Assembly (NCBI GenBank): GCA_025059075.1
Contig: JANXDZ010000006.1
Coordinates: forward strand, 1,169-65,168
Source: Sulfolobales archaeon
GTDB lineage: Archaea; Thermoproteota; Thermoprotei_A; Sulfolobales; Desulfurococcaceae
DNA: 64,000 nt
Direction of reading: 5' to 3'
Within the stretch, counting starts at the first letter, position 1; each line of letters begins with the position of its first letter. The translations under genes were made by a program, and so were the position numbers. Under the pieces are notes generated by a model. It was not told where the DNA came from. It was given only the letters and a program-made list of their open reading frames with translations, and ran no database searches. Positions 46,296 to 54,887 of the stretch are shown here, piece by piece.

Positions 46296-48284
46296 CTAAG
46301 GTATATAACCCATAGTTCTAAAGGACTTCAGCAAGTCCTCTCTCTTAAACCTAGTCCTTCTTCTCCAAGCCGTGACATCGTCAAGTATAAGTGGTACTAC
46401 AATTTTCTCAACAAGCATTTCACTTATAGGACAGTTTTCAATGCATATCCTACAGCTTGAGCATGGAACTCTAGGCAAAGGCCCATTGCTTGTTAGCTTA
46501 ACTACTTTCTCTGGGCACCATATGACGCAGCTGCCGCATTTTACACATCCTCTAACTCTATAGATATTCTTTAATACATCAACTAAGTCCTCTACACCAT
46601 TATGTTCTCTGAACAATGCCTTAATTGTTCTTCCACTAATCACTACTTTAGTTCTATCTGTTTCAATAATTAAACCTTCAACGTCTCTATAGGTGTTTGC
46701 CTTAAGCATCTTTACATTTGATGCAAAAGTTAGTAAGCATTCATCATTTAGCAGTTCCTCATTGAAATAAGCCACTAGATTGTGTTCTCCTCTATCGATC
46801 TTTATGGGGGAAAGCCTCATTGCTCCTTCAATAAGTCTACTAACATACTCCTTTTTCCAATTGCTTGAGTAGCTAGATATCTTTAACTCAAGCCTTCGCT
46901 TGGCGAATGCTGGAGTAAGCCATCTCCATAGGCCGAGGTCGATCCACTCCCTTGGTTGACTAAGCTTATCTTTCCAAACTTCAAGTACGCTAATCCACTT
47001 TGACCAAAGCTCTGGACACACTGTCTCAACTTCTTTAAACTCAGCTAAAGTACTTGCTGGACATAGGTAACAACCAAGCCTCTCAAAGCCTTTATCGTAA
47101 AGCTTATTATATGGTAACTTGTGTTTATGTATGTAAAGCCATACGTGAAGCTGACTCCATTCCTGGATTGGCGATATGCTTAAGAGATGTGGTATCCACT
47201 TATTCCTCCAGACTCTATGGCTTTTAGCTCTCTCCAAGGATTCAAAGGCTCTTTGGCCAACTATGTTTAAGGCTCCATTAGGCCATTCCTGCCTAGATAC
47301 TTTAGCTAACGGAATTAACTTTAGTACTTTACAACACCACCTGTAATCTCTTCCAGGAGGACCAAACAGTTCTACGTCATTCCAAAACCTATTGCCAGCG
47401 CTAGCTAACACCTTTGTGAATCCATATTTTTCAGATACTTCTTCCACATTAGCTATTGTTTCAGGAAGCTCTAACCCAGTGTCATTAAATAGCAGCTTTA
47501 GTTCTCCAATAGTGCTCATGGCTAAATGCAGTGATACTAAACTATCTTTCCCACCAGAGTATGATACGATTACTTCCTTTCCAGTTTTAGAATGCATTGA
47601 GTATATGAATGCTTTAGCTCTAGATTCAAAATAGTAGAGAGCGTATTCATTGAGCTTTAATACATCGTGAAGTGAGGAACTTCTACGGCTAGTCTCCATA
47701 GGCTCAATGAATGCTCTAAATAACTTAGCTACAACGAGCTTGCCATCAATGTTTTCAGCTATTCCACGAGGCCTTCCATTCTTACCAACTATCACTACTT
47801 GTCTTAAGTTACCTGAATAACAGCTTTTTAAAACGCCCTTCTCGATGATGAGCCCTGATGCTGTAACGTGATCAACTAAGCCCTCTCTAAGCACTAGAAC
47901 TGATCCAGTGTAGTTAAGTCTAAATCTCCACTTGTATTTAAATGGATCGTAGTATAGTTGACCGAGGACATTGCCTGATGAGATTATTTCCCACATTAAA
48001 TCCCAGTGAGGCACTTTGTTTAACAATATGAATTTATTCATGAATAGTCTAGTATATATTTCATTACTGCCAAATTCATAGCTTAACGCTTCGCGAAGTC
48101 TAATGTGATCTATTTGTGTAGCAGGCCTAGCATCACCAGGATCAGTTAGCTTCAGCATAAATGAAGTGGAAGAACTACTACCTTGAGACGGCATGAGTAG
48201 CGGTACATCATGCTCTGGATCCCAGTATATCTTAACCCTCATAGGCCATGCCATGCGATCACCGTAATAGTTCCACTCAATCAA
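46296..48284 (-). CDS. PAPS-reductase-like PP-loop ATP-pyrophosphatase fused to C-terminal 2x[4Fe-4S] ferredoxin domain
   Basis: PP-loop VSYSGGKDSLV in the middle. CVKCGSCVIWCP and CSSCRICIENCP near the C-terminus. The roughly 220-aa N-terminal region has unknown fold. Start is uncertain (TTG 48284, or the downstream ATGs giving MAWPMRV). Confidence 0.75.
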   Translation of the reverse strand: MIEWNYYGDRMAWPMRVKIYWDPEHDVPLLMPSQGSSSSTSFMLKLTDPGDARPATQIDHIRLREALSYEFGSNEIYTRLFMNKFILLNKVPHWDLMWEIISSGNVLGQLYYDPFKYKWRFRLNYTGSVLVLREGLVDHVTASGLIIEKGVLKSCYSGNLRQVVIVGKNGRPRGIAENIDGKLVVAKLFRAFIEPMETSRRSSSLHDVLKLNEYALYYFESRAKAFIYSMHSKTGKEVIVSYSGGKDSLVSLHLAMSTIGELKLLFNDTGLELPETIANVEEVSEKYGFTKVLASAGNRFWNDVELFGPPGRDYRWCCKVLKLIPLAKVSRQEWPNGALNIVGQRAFESLERAKSHRVWRNKWIPHLLSISPIQEWSQLHVWLYIHKHKLPYNKLYDKGFERLGCYLCPASTLAEFKEVETVCPELWSKWISVLEVWKDKLSQPREWIDLGLWRWLTPAFAKRRLELKISSYSSNWKKEYVSRLIEGAMRLSPIKIDRGEHNLVAYFNEELLNDECLLTFASNVKMLKANTYRDVEGLIIETDRTKVVISGRTIKALFREHNGVEDLVDVLKNIYRVRGCVKCGSCVIWCPEKVVKLTSNGPLPRVPCSSCRICIENCPISEMLVEKIVVPLILDDVTAWRRRTRFKREDLLKSFRTMGYIP

Positions 48285-48400
48285 ACGTCTGCTAATGCTG
48301 AAAATTACTCTCTTAATACTCTTAAATACTTCTGCATGTAAATCAGAGCTCTAAACTGTTTAGTTCTTAACATCACTTCTTCAGATCCTTACTTTAGTCT

Positions 48401-48907
48401 TCAGTTGTCACTAACGATCAATTTAATGATCTTAAAAATGTTGTCTGACCTTAATTGAACTAACTCTCTAGCAATATCTTCAGGAAGCCATGGCGGAGCT
48501 TCTGTATTAGTAGTAGCTATTGCTAAGTGCACTTGATGGGCTTTAGCGTAATTTAATGCATCTACTAATGGAATTCTCGGCTTCTCGGAAAGAGATGTAA
48601 TTAATGCTATTGCCCTCTTATCGGCAAGACCGTCATCGAGGTCCCTGATCATATCTATTGCCTCGTATATTCCTAGCGCTGGCTCAGGAACTCCCTTCAG
48701 AGGCCTTATGATTCTATAAACTTCACATATCTTGTAGTAATTATAAGTCAGATCGAGAATTGGGAAGGCATAGCTTGAGAATATTACTAGTCCAACTCTT
48801 GAAAAGACATCTTTAGATAAAGTATTCGCTAGTTCCTCGAGAAACTTTAATACCAGCTCAATCTTCATGCGAATGTTTTTCTCAGCTGCTATGACAATGT
48901 CATTCAA
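48401..48907 (-). CDS. vWA-like domain protein with ablated MIDAS (paralogue of 49237..49788)
   Basis: By eye, 168 aa align along the whole length with the neighbouring vWA protein. DxSxS is replaced by AAEKN, and ITDGG by ITSLS. TTG start, with no upstream in-frame start before a stop. Confidence 0.45.
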   Translation of the reverse strand: MNDIVIAAEKNIRMKIELVLKFLEELANTLSKDVFSRVGLVIFSSYAFPILDLTYNYYKICEVYRIIRPLKGVPEPALGIYEAIDMIRDLDDGLADKRAIALITSLSEKPRIPLVDALNYAKAHQVHLAIATTNTEAPPWLPEDIARELVQLRSDNIFKIIKLIVSDN

Positions 48908-48967
48908 ATTACTTCCCTGAAGCTGCTTCCTCCCACTGCTTAGCGAGGGCCATAAGCTATAGATTAA

Positions 48968-49168
48968 CTATTTTGCTAAATATTTAAGTATTGTCTCTCT
49001 CAACAGTTTCCCTATAGATAGTGTTCGATAAGCTTTCATACTTGCTCTAGTTGCTTGAAGTTCCATTGTGTTCCACACCTCCATTAGTGAAGGCGGATAT
49101 ATCCATAGTCCTCTTTGCAAGCTCATACCTACTAAGTACTTATAAAAGATCTCTTGAGCTTTATGCAA
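48968..49168 (-). CDS. possible small ORF (66 aa) between the two vWA genes
   Basis: ORF only, with a TTG start (an internal ATG gives 52 aa) and no recognisable family. A 64-aa ORF lies on the opposite strand, so coding status is doubtful. Confidence 0.2.
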   Translation of the reverse strand: MHKAQEIFYKYLVGMSLQRGLWIYPPSLMEVWNTMELQATRASMKAYRTLSIGKLLRETILKYLAK

Positions 49169-49236
49169 TTAAGAGCATTGAAAGAGTATCAAGGCAGTTC
49201 AAAACAATTAAAAAGAATAACTCACGTGGTTTACCT

Positions 49237-49788
49237 TTAACTTAAAGTAGCTTTATAAATTGCTTGAACAAGCTGTACTTTATCACTAACTACATATTTT
49301 CCTCCATTACATATCTCAATAGCGCGATCTATGTAGACTGCATCCACATCAGTTAACTTACCTCCAATAACTATTATATGGAGCTTTACGCTTGAGCTGC
49401 CTGCATAGATTGCAGCTATATCTAATGGCACTCCCTCATTAAATCCTCCATCAGTGATCATTACAACTCTCTTACTCCCCCTATTCCATCTCATAACTTT
49501 TACTGCCTCAATTAATCCATTGCCTGGAGCTGAGCCCTCTCCTAGTACACGTATTCTTGAGAAGGCATTCACTATGTTTCTTACGTCCCTTGTAGGAGCT
49601 AGTAGTGGAAAAGCTTGTTTATAGAAGACCACTAGTCCTATGTAGTAGTTGTTCTTTTCAACTACTTTAGGGACTACTTGAATGAGGGTTTCTCTAACAA
49701 CATCGATCTTACTTAAGGCAAGTTCTCCAAAGGCTTTCTTCATGCTTAGTGATGCATCTACTACATAAGTAACACTAGACAATATCAA
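49237..49788 (-). CDS. single-domain von Willebrand factor A (vWA) protein with intact MIDAS
   Basis: VVDASLSM (DxSxS), GLVVF, VVMITDGG, and alternating beta-alpha pattern. 183 aa. Its start overlaps the upstream gene by 14 nt. Confidence 0.65.
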   Translation of the reverse strand: MILSSVTYVVDASLSMKKAFGELALSKIDVVRETLIQVVPKVVEKNNYYIGLVVFYKQAFPLLAPTRDVRNIVNAFSRIRVLGEGSAPGNGLIEAVKVMRWNRGSKRVVMITDGGFNEGVPLDIAAIYAGSSSVKLHIIVIGGKLTDVDAVYIDRAIEICNGGKYVVSDKVQLVQAIYKATLS

Positions 49789-50563
49789 TGCCCCATATGC
49801 TTTTAATTAATTCAATTGGTATAATTACTGGTATGGACTTTAAGTAATAAATTAGTTCACGTAACTCTCCTACGCTTATGCTATCCCTTAAAGTATAAAT
49901 TATCGATAGAGAGCTAACAGCGTTAACACCCATAGATCTCGCGTATCCCCTTGTTCTAAAGTCTTCAGTAATTAATGTAGCACCATGCGTATCCCTAGCA
50001 TAAGCTATGGCGTATTGTTCATGTTTAGTTAACTGTGCTTTAGCTAAGTTTAACCCTAAGTTCACTACTTCACTATTAAAAAACTCAACTAAGTTCCTTG
50101 ATTCAAGTAGATGTAGCATTCTTCTTGAAATAAGTACTTCACTCCAGTTCTTAGCGCTGTCTGGAACTAGAAACACATATCCTCTCTGAGCTAGCTTAGC
50201 TAAGTGCTTGTAGAGGTTGCTCTTAAAGACTATGTATATCGTCAATGGATCCAGTATATACTTCTTACCGGGGGTTAAAAGCTGTACGTCGTCAGGTCCT
50301 TCTAAACCTATTAAAGGCATGTATCCCTTAGTGATAAAGTATTCAGCCATATCATCAAAGCTAGAGTCAGCGAATTCAACTATGTATTGAAAGCTGGCTT
50401 CACTTAATGTATATAGCTTTAGAGCTAAGTTCCTTAAGTCCATTTGATCTAGAAGTCTTCTAACAGCGTCTCTAACTGCTTCACTAAGACTTGAGTATAT
50501 GCCTAAGTCAACAAGTCTTCTCAACCTTTCTTCAAGGATTCCAGAGATCTCTACATCAACCAC
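49775..50563 (-). CDS. ribbon-helix-helix (CopG-like) domain fused to a PIN-like domain
   Basis: N-terminus VDVEISGILEERLRRLVDLGIYSSLSEAVRDAVRRLL is a classic RHH. The C-terminal half has PIN-like acidic positions: KYILDPLTIY, NWSEVL, ATLITEDFRTRGYARSMGVNA. The PIN call is tentative. Confidence 0.45.
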   Translation of the reverse strand: MVDVEISGILEERLRRLVDLGIYSSLSEAVRDAVRRLLDQMDLRNLALKLYTLSEASFQYIVEFADSSFDDMAEYFITKGYMPLIGLEGPDDVQLLTPGKKYILDPLTIYIVFKSNLYKHLAKLAQRGYVFLVPDSAKNWSEVLISRRMLHLLESRNLVEFFNSEVVNLGLNLAKAQLTKHEQYAIAYARDTHGATLITEDFRTRGYARSMGVNAVSSLSIIYTLRDSISVGELRELIYYLKSIPVIIPIELIKSIWGIDIV

Positions 50564-51062
50564 TACTCTTACCTCAGAGTATTAGTTAGACACAAGTCTC
50601 TATAAAAGCATCAACACGAGAGATCTTAAAGCTACTTCTAGGATGAAAACTTTTAAATTAAATACTCTCTATAAACATAGACGTGGCTTTCTCCATGCCT
50701 TGAGGGGATGTGAGTTCTCCTCAATGAGTTCATTAACTATCTATTCCTAAGACTTAAGCCCCCTATGCTCAGTTTTAAGTGCATTACCTCCATCCAGTAA
50801 TGCAGAGCTCAGAGACATATCAACGTAGTATACCTTACACTCTCGCTGTAAATAATGTGGCTTTCAGTTATAGCTATAGTTAACGAAGCTAGCTAATCAA
50901 ACTTAGGCTAACTAACTACAAAACATTACTTTAATGAAGATAGCTCAGCAATATTAATTCGATTGTAGAATTAACGATTCATTTGCTAAAGCCATTAGTT
51001 ATTCAAGCCATTCCATAGACTATAGAGTTGTGGGGTATTGTAGGGAAAAACGTTTATTGAAA

Positions 51063-51770
51063 TCACTCTGTTAAGATAATGAACTTCTTTAATCTTCCTT
51101 CAGCTCTAACGGCATCAAGCGCTTCTGTTGAAAGTTTAACAGCTCTTCTAGGTATAAGTGATATACCTACACCAGCTTTTACGTAGTTAGGTAATTTATC
51201 GAGGAAGTCTTCATAGGAGTCTAGTGGCAGTACAGCGAGGACGTTGTCTCCACCTAGATAGCTAGCTAATCCACCACATCTAGAAACTGTCTCAACAATA
51301 TAATGGTAGAGCTCTACTGCAGCTACGTAAGCCTCATATATACTCGTGCTATAGGACTTCCTGACTATGTCATTTATATCTATATGGACTATTACGTTGG
51401 GATCTTCTTCTCCATGAATGTAAGTGAATTTACTATGTGAATGAGCTAGGATCCTTGTTGCCCATAGTTGTGCTGTAAAGGGGTACTTACTAGTCAAGGA
51501 GACCATTCTTATAGGCACATCGAGAGTTGTATATAGGGCTGTATATATTTCCTCATGTCTCTTCTCACTAATGGTGTTTGATAGAATTATGTAATAATCA
51601 TATCTAAATGGTAAGACGAACCCGTCGTTTTTAGCTATAAGTCTTTGGAGAAGTGAGTGTATTTCAGATTGCTTAAACTGAATTATCCATTCCCTATCAC
51701 TTCCAAGAGACTCCGTCCACTTCCTATAGTTATAGAGCTCTACTACAGTTATTCTAGGCAAATAGATCAC
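51063..51770 (-). CDS. arfA: GTP cyclohydrolase III (GGDN family; archaeal riboflavin/F420 pathway)
   Basis: N-terminal ITVVELYNYRKWTESLGSDREWIIQ and YLGGDNVLAVLP (GGDN motif). Last gene of the rib operon. Confidence 0.75.
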   Translation of the reverse strand: MIYLPRITVVELYNYRKWTESLGSDREWIIQFKQSEIHSLLQRLIAKNDGFVLPFRYDYYIILSNTISEKRHEEIYTALYTTLDVPIRMVSLTSKYPFTAQLWATRILAHSHSKFTYIHGEEDPNVIVHIDINDIVRKSYSTSIYEAYVAAVELYHYIVETVSRCGGLASYLGGDNVLAVLPLDSYEDFLDKLPNYVKAGVGISLIPRRAVKLSTEALDAVRAEGRLKKFIILTE

Positions 51771-51771
51771 G

Positions 51772-52230
51772 CTAATCTATGACTATGGTTTCACCTGAGT
51801 AAGTTGATTGCTCTAGCGTTAAGAGCCTTTTAGCCATTTTAATTACTGCTTCAACAGCTCTCCTAGCGTAGTCATCTATTCTCTCAAGAGCTTGAGCTCT
51901 CGAAGCCCCTGGACCTATTACTCCTAGGCTTACGGGCTTTCCGTACTCTACCATAAGATCCATGAGTTTTCTCCCAACGTTGTGTGCAACAACTTCATCG
52001 TGTTTTGTCTCTCCCTGTATAACAGCTCCTAAGGCAACAACTCCATCAACTTCCTTCTTCCTTTCAAGAATGCTCTTTGCTGCTAAGGGTATTTCATAGC
52101 TTCCAGGTACTTTAACTATGTACATTACTTCAGCTCCAAGAAACTTTGCATGGTTTATTGCGCGCTGTAGCATAAGATACGTTATGTCATAATTAAACTC
52201 AGCTACTATTATCGCTATTCGAAAAGCCAT
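51772..52230 (-). CDS. ribH: 6,7-dimethyl-8-ribityllumazine synthase
   Basis: [44 protein letters not shown]. Confidence 0.85.
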   Translation of the reverse strand: MAFRIAIIVAEFNYDITYLMLQRAINHAKFLGAEVMYIVKVPGSYEIPLAAKSILERKKEVDGVVALGAVIQGETKHDEVVAHNVGRKLMDLMVEYGKPVSLGVIGPGASRAQALERIDDYARRAVEAVIKMAKRLLTLEQSTYSGETIVID

Positions 52231-52241
52231 GTAGACTCACC

Positions 52242-52712
52242 TCATTCCACTATTGGACCTACGTCTGGATACCCCTGCCTAAGTCCTTTTCCTGCATACT
52301 TAGTTAAAGCCTCTTTTCCTCCCTTCATAAGCCTCACTAAGTTTAGTGCATGTTTTCTAGCTCTATCTACTGCTATCTTGTAGAGCTCAGATGGTTTCTC
52401 AGCTTCATCTTCATGCACTGTGACGTCTATTACGTGTTTTCCAGTCATTAATTGAAGCATTATTAACCCTATACTTAAAGCTATGTAACTGTACTTGTCT
52501 ACAAGCTTTGACCCAACCCAGCCAAACGTTATTACTGCATCACACCCTTCTTCAACTAATAGGTTTCTAGCTGCCACTGGAATGTCCTTTATTCCAGGCA
52601 CTGTGTATCTGATGAAGACAGCCTCAGGCATGTTTTCTCTTAGAACATCCACGGCTTCTTTAGCCATATCTACCCGCGCAAAAGTAGTATCAACTATGCC
52701 TACTTTAATCAT
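52242..52712 (-). CDS. ribC: archaeal-type riboflavin synthase
   Basis: MIKVGIVDTTFARVDM N-terminus is characteristic of the Methanocaldococcus-type (lumazine-synthase-like) riboflavin synthase. 156 aa. Confidence 0.8.
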   Translation of the reverse strand: MIKVGIVDTTFARVDMAKEAVDVLRENMPEAVFIRYTVPGIKDIPVAARNLLVEEGCDAVITFGWVGSKLVDKYSYIALSIGLIMLQLMTGKHVIDVTVHEDEAEKPSELYKIAVDRARKHALNLVRLMKGGKEALTKYAGKGLRQGYPDVGPIVE

Positions 52713-53406
52713 TCACTAAATCCCTCCTCTCAGCTTCAGAAGCTATCTCTGATCCATCTATGAAGAGGAGCTTATAGTCCTCTGCATACTTCCTAGCATC
52801 TTCGTATGGTAAAGCTATGCCATCGCTCAGCATTTCTGCTATAACCATACTAGGCACTACTCCTGTGATTAGTGCTAGTGCTGTAACTAACTCTGTATGC
52901 CCTCTCCTTAATTTAAGGCCTCTGCTTGTAAGTATAGGGACGTGCCCCGGCGCATAGAACTCCGTTAGAAATATCCTCCTAGCTTCCTCCAACGATCCTT
53001 TATATACGTTGCATGCAACTACGTGAAGCCTCCTAATAGTCATAACTCTATCTCGATCAGTTATACCAGTCTTTGTCTCAACATGGTTAACCCATAAGTT
53101 AAAAGCAGGTGGATCACCGTATCCAGGCTTCCTTGAGCCTAGAGCTCTATAGACATCCTTATGGCTCATAGTAAAGAGATCGTTAATGAACTCTATGCCA
53201 AGAGATTCCCTGAATACTCTTCCTGAGACATAGCATATAAGGCCTCCAGCATCCTTCCTTAACTTAATTACTTTAGCTTCATCAATTGAGCCGGCGTAAA
53301 AAACCATGTCTGTCTCCGCTTCACGCCCAAGGGAATCAAATACTAATATAGGCTCTCCTCTAAGTAAAGCACTTCTTATTCTTAACAAATCCATGTTAAA
53401 CCCCAT
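52705..53406 (-). CDS. ribB: 3,4-dihydroxy-2-butanone-4-phosphate synthase
   Basis: GREAETDMVFYA, GLICY, TGITDRDR, PGHVPIL, RRGHTE. An alternative start lies at 53394 (MDLLRIR). Confidence 0.8.
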   Translation of the reverse strand: MGFNMDLLRIRSALLRGEPILVFDSLGREAETDMVFYAGSIDEAKVIKLRKDAGGLICYVSGRVFRESLGIEFINDLFTMSHKDVYRALGSRKPGYGDPPAFNLWVNHVETKTGITDRDRVMTIRRLHVVACNVYKGSLEEARRIFLTEFYAPGHVPILTSRGLKLRRGHTELVTALALITGVVPSMVIAEMLSDGIALPYEDARKYAEDYKLLFIDGSEIASEAERRDLVND

Positions 53407-53537
53407 GTTGCTCTACAGCTTAGTTAATAATGCACTTGAAGTATATTTACATTCCCAGTATATTCATATGCAATCCATTGTGAAACGCTTTACTTACGAG
53501 AATTATAGAGGGTTACAGCAAGCTTAGTTAATTCTAT

Positions 53538-54887
53538 TCACTTACCAGCTATAGACACTTCTCTAAATGCTATTGCCGGTGAATATACATTGAAGTAATT
53601 CTCTACATCCTTGGTGGTAAGTAAGTATTGTTCCTTAAGTAGAGAGTACACATTGCCTGCTAGTACAGCTCCTTTTACTCCATGCAATACCCTTCCACTC
53701 TCAATAAGATCAGCGTTGGTTATTGTCGCATTAATCAATCCACTAATAGGGTTAGACAGCCACTCACCTATAGTTCCATAAACTACTATTACTCTACTTA
53801 AATCACTTACAGCACTATCTAAGTCACAGCCGCCCGGCTCTATTAGTAAGTTAGTTATTGAAGGTCTAGGAATTGATGAAGGATTTCTCCTAAGTCCATT
53901 GCCTGTAGATTCTCTGGACTCCAGTTGAGCAGTGTAGTTGTCGTACAAGTATGTCTCTAGAACGCCTTTCTTAAAGACATTCTTTCTTTTTGTTGGCACT
54001 CCTTCATCGTCGAAGGCCTGTGTGGAGTAGAATCCATTAATACATCCATCGTCAACTATGTTTACCTCATTGCTTAAGACTTCTTCACCAATCTTACCGA
54101 CAAGAGGACTTCTATTCTTCTGAACATTATCTGCGTAAAGAGCTGGAGCGAGAACTGAAGCAGCTATTGAACCAAATACTTTTGGAGTTAAAACAATATT
54201 ATACTCTCCTGTCTCAATAGTTTTAGCTCTTAAGCCAGCAAGAGCTCTTTCAGTAGCTTTCTTAACTATGGATTCATAGCTAAAGTCTTCTAGCGTTGCT
54301 GAAGCATGAAACTCTGTAAACCCTGATTCACTACCGCCTTCAAATGCTTTTACTTCAACATAATATAGGAACTTCGTTAAGTCATCCGAGATAGCGTCTG
54401 CATAGCTATTCATTATTACGCGCTTCATTTTAACGTATTTAAACCCTGCGTTAGCTAAGGAAGCTCTTGAACTAAGTTCTCTAGGTATTTTAGCTGATTC
54501 AATAAGGACGTACTTCGACCACTCGACGTCGGGGTTAGCGATTCTCTCATCAAATATTTTTCCAACTGGTGCTTTACCTATACTCTTAGGCAGACTCCTC
54601 CAATTAGGGTCTTCAGGGCTTGCTCTAGCGATCTTTATGCCTGACTCAGCGAGCTCCATTGCATCACTGAGGGAACTTATTGTTCCTCCAACAATTGCAA
54701 TTCTCCTCCCTAAAGCTACTCTTAATCCTGCTAAGATAATTCTCCCACTTCTAATGACATCTATTTCTCCCTTCACGTACTTTAAGTCTGTTGAATAAGT
54801 TTCAATAAAGTATGCTTCAGCTTCACTTACCCCACTAGAGTTAAGCATTCCCACTGTCCGTTCAGCTAATTCAACTAACTCTAGCAC
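53538..54887 (-). CDS. pmbA: PmbA/TldE-family metalloprotease partner subunit
   Basis: 449-aa paralogue of the upstream TldD, lacking the HExxxH motif. Its start overlaps the tldD stop by 17 nt. Confidence 0.75.
   Translation of the reverse strand: MLELVELAERTVGMLNSSGVSEAEAYFIETYSTDLKYVKGEIDVIRSGRIILAGLRVALGRRIAIVGGTISSLSDAMELAESGIKIARASPEDPNWRSLPKSIGKAPVGKIFDERIANPDVEWSKYVLIESAKIPRELSSRASLANAGFKYVKMKRVIMNSYADAISDDLTKFLYYVEVKAFEGGSESGFTEFHASATLEDFSYESIVKKATERALAGLRAKTIETGEYNIVLTPKVFGSIAASVLAPALYADNVQKNRSPLVGKIGEEVLSNEVNIVDDGCINGFYSTQAFDDEGVPTKRKNVFKKGVLETYLYDNYTAQLESRESTGNGLRRNPSSIPRPSITNLLIEPGGCDLDSAVSDLSRVIVVYGTIGEWLSNPISGLINATITNADLIESGRVLHGVKGAVLAGNVYSLLKEQYLLTTKDVENYFNVYSPAIAFREVSIAGK

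Noticed and set aside
46296-48284. PAPS-reductase-like protein as part of a Dnd/Ssp phosphorothioation or BREX type 4 defence system
   Set aside because: None of the obligatory partners are adjacent (cysteine desulfurase, DndB/D/E, SspB/C, BrxA/C/L, restriction modules). It is kept only as an open question in the findings.
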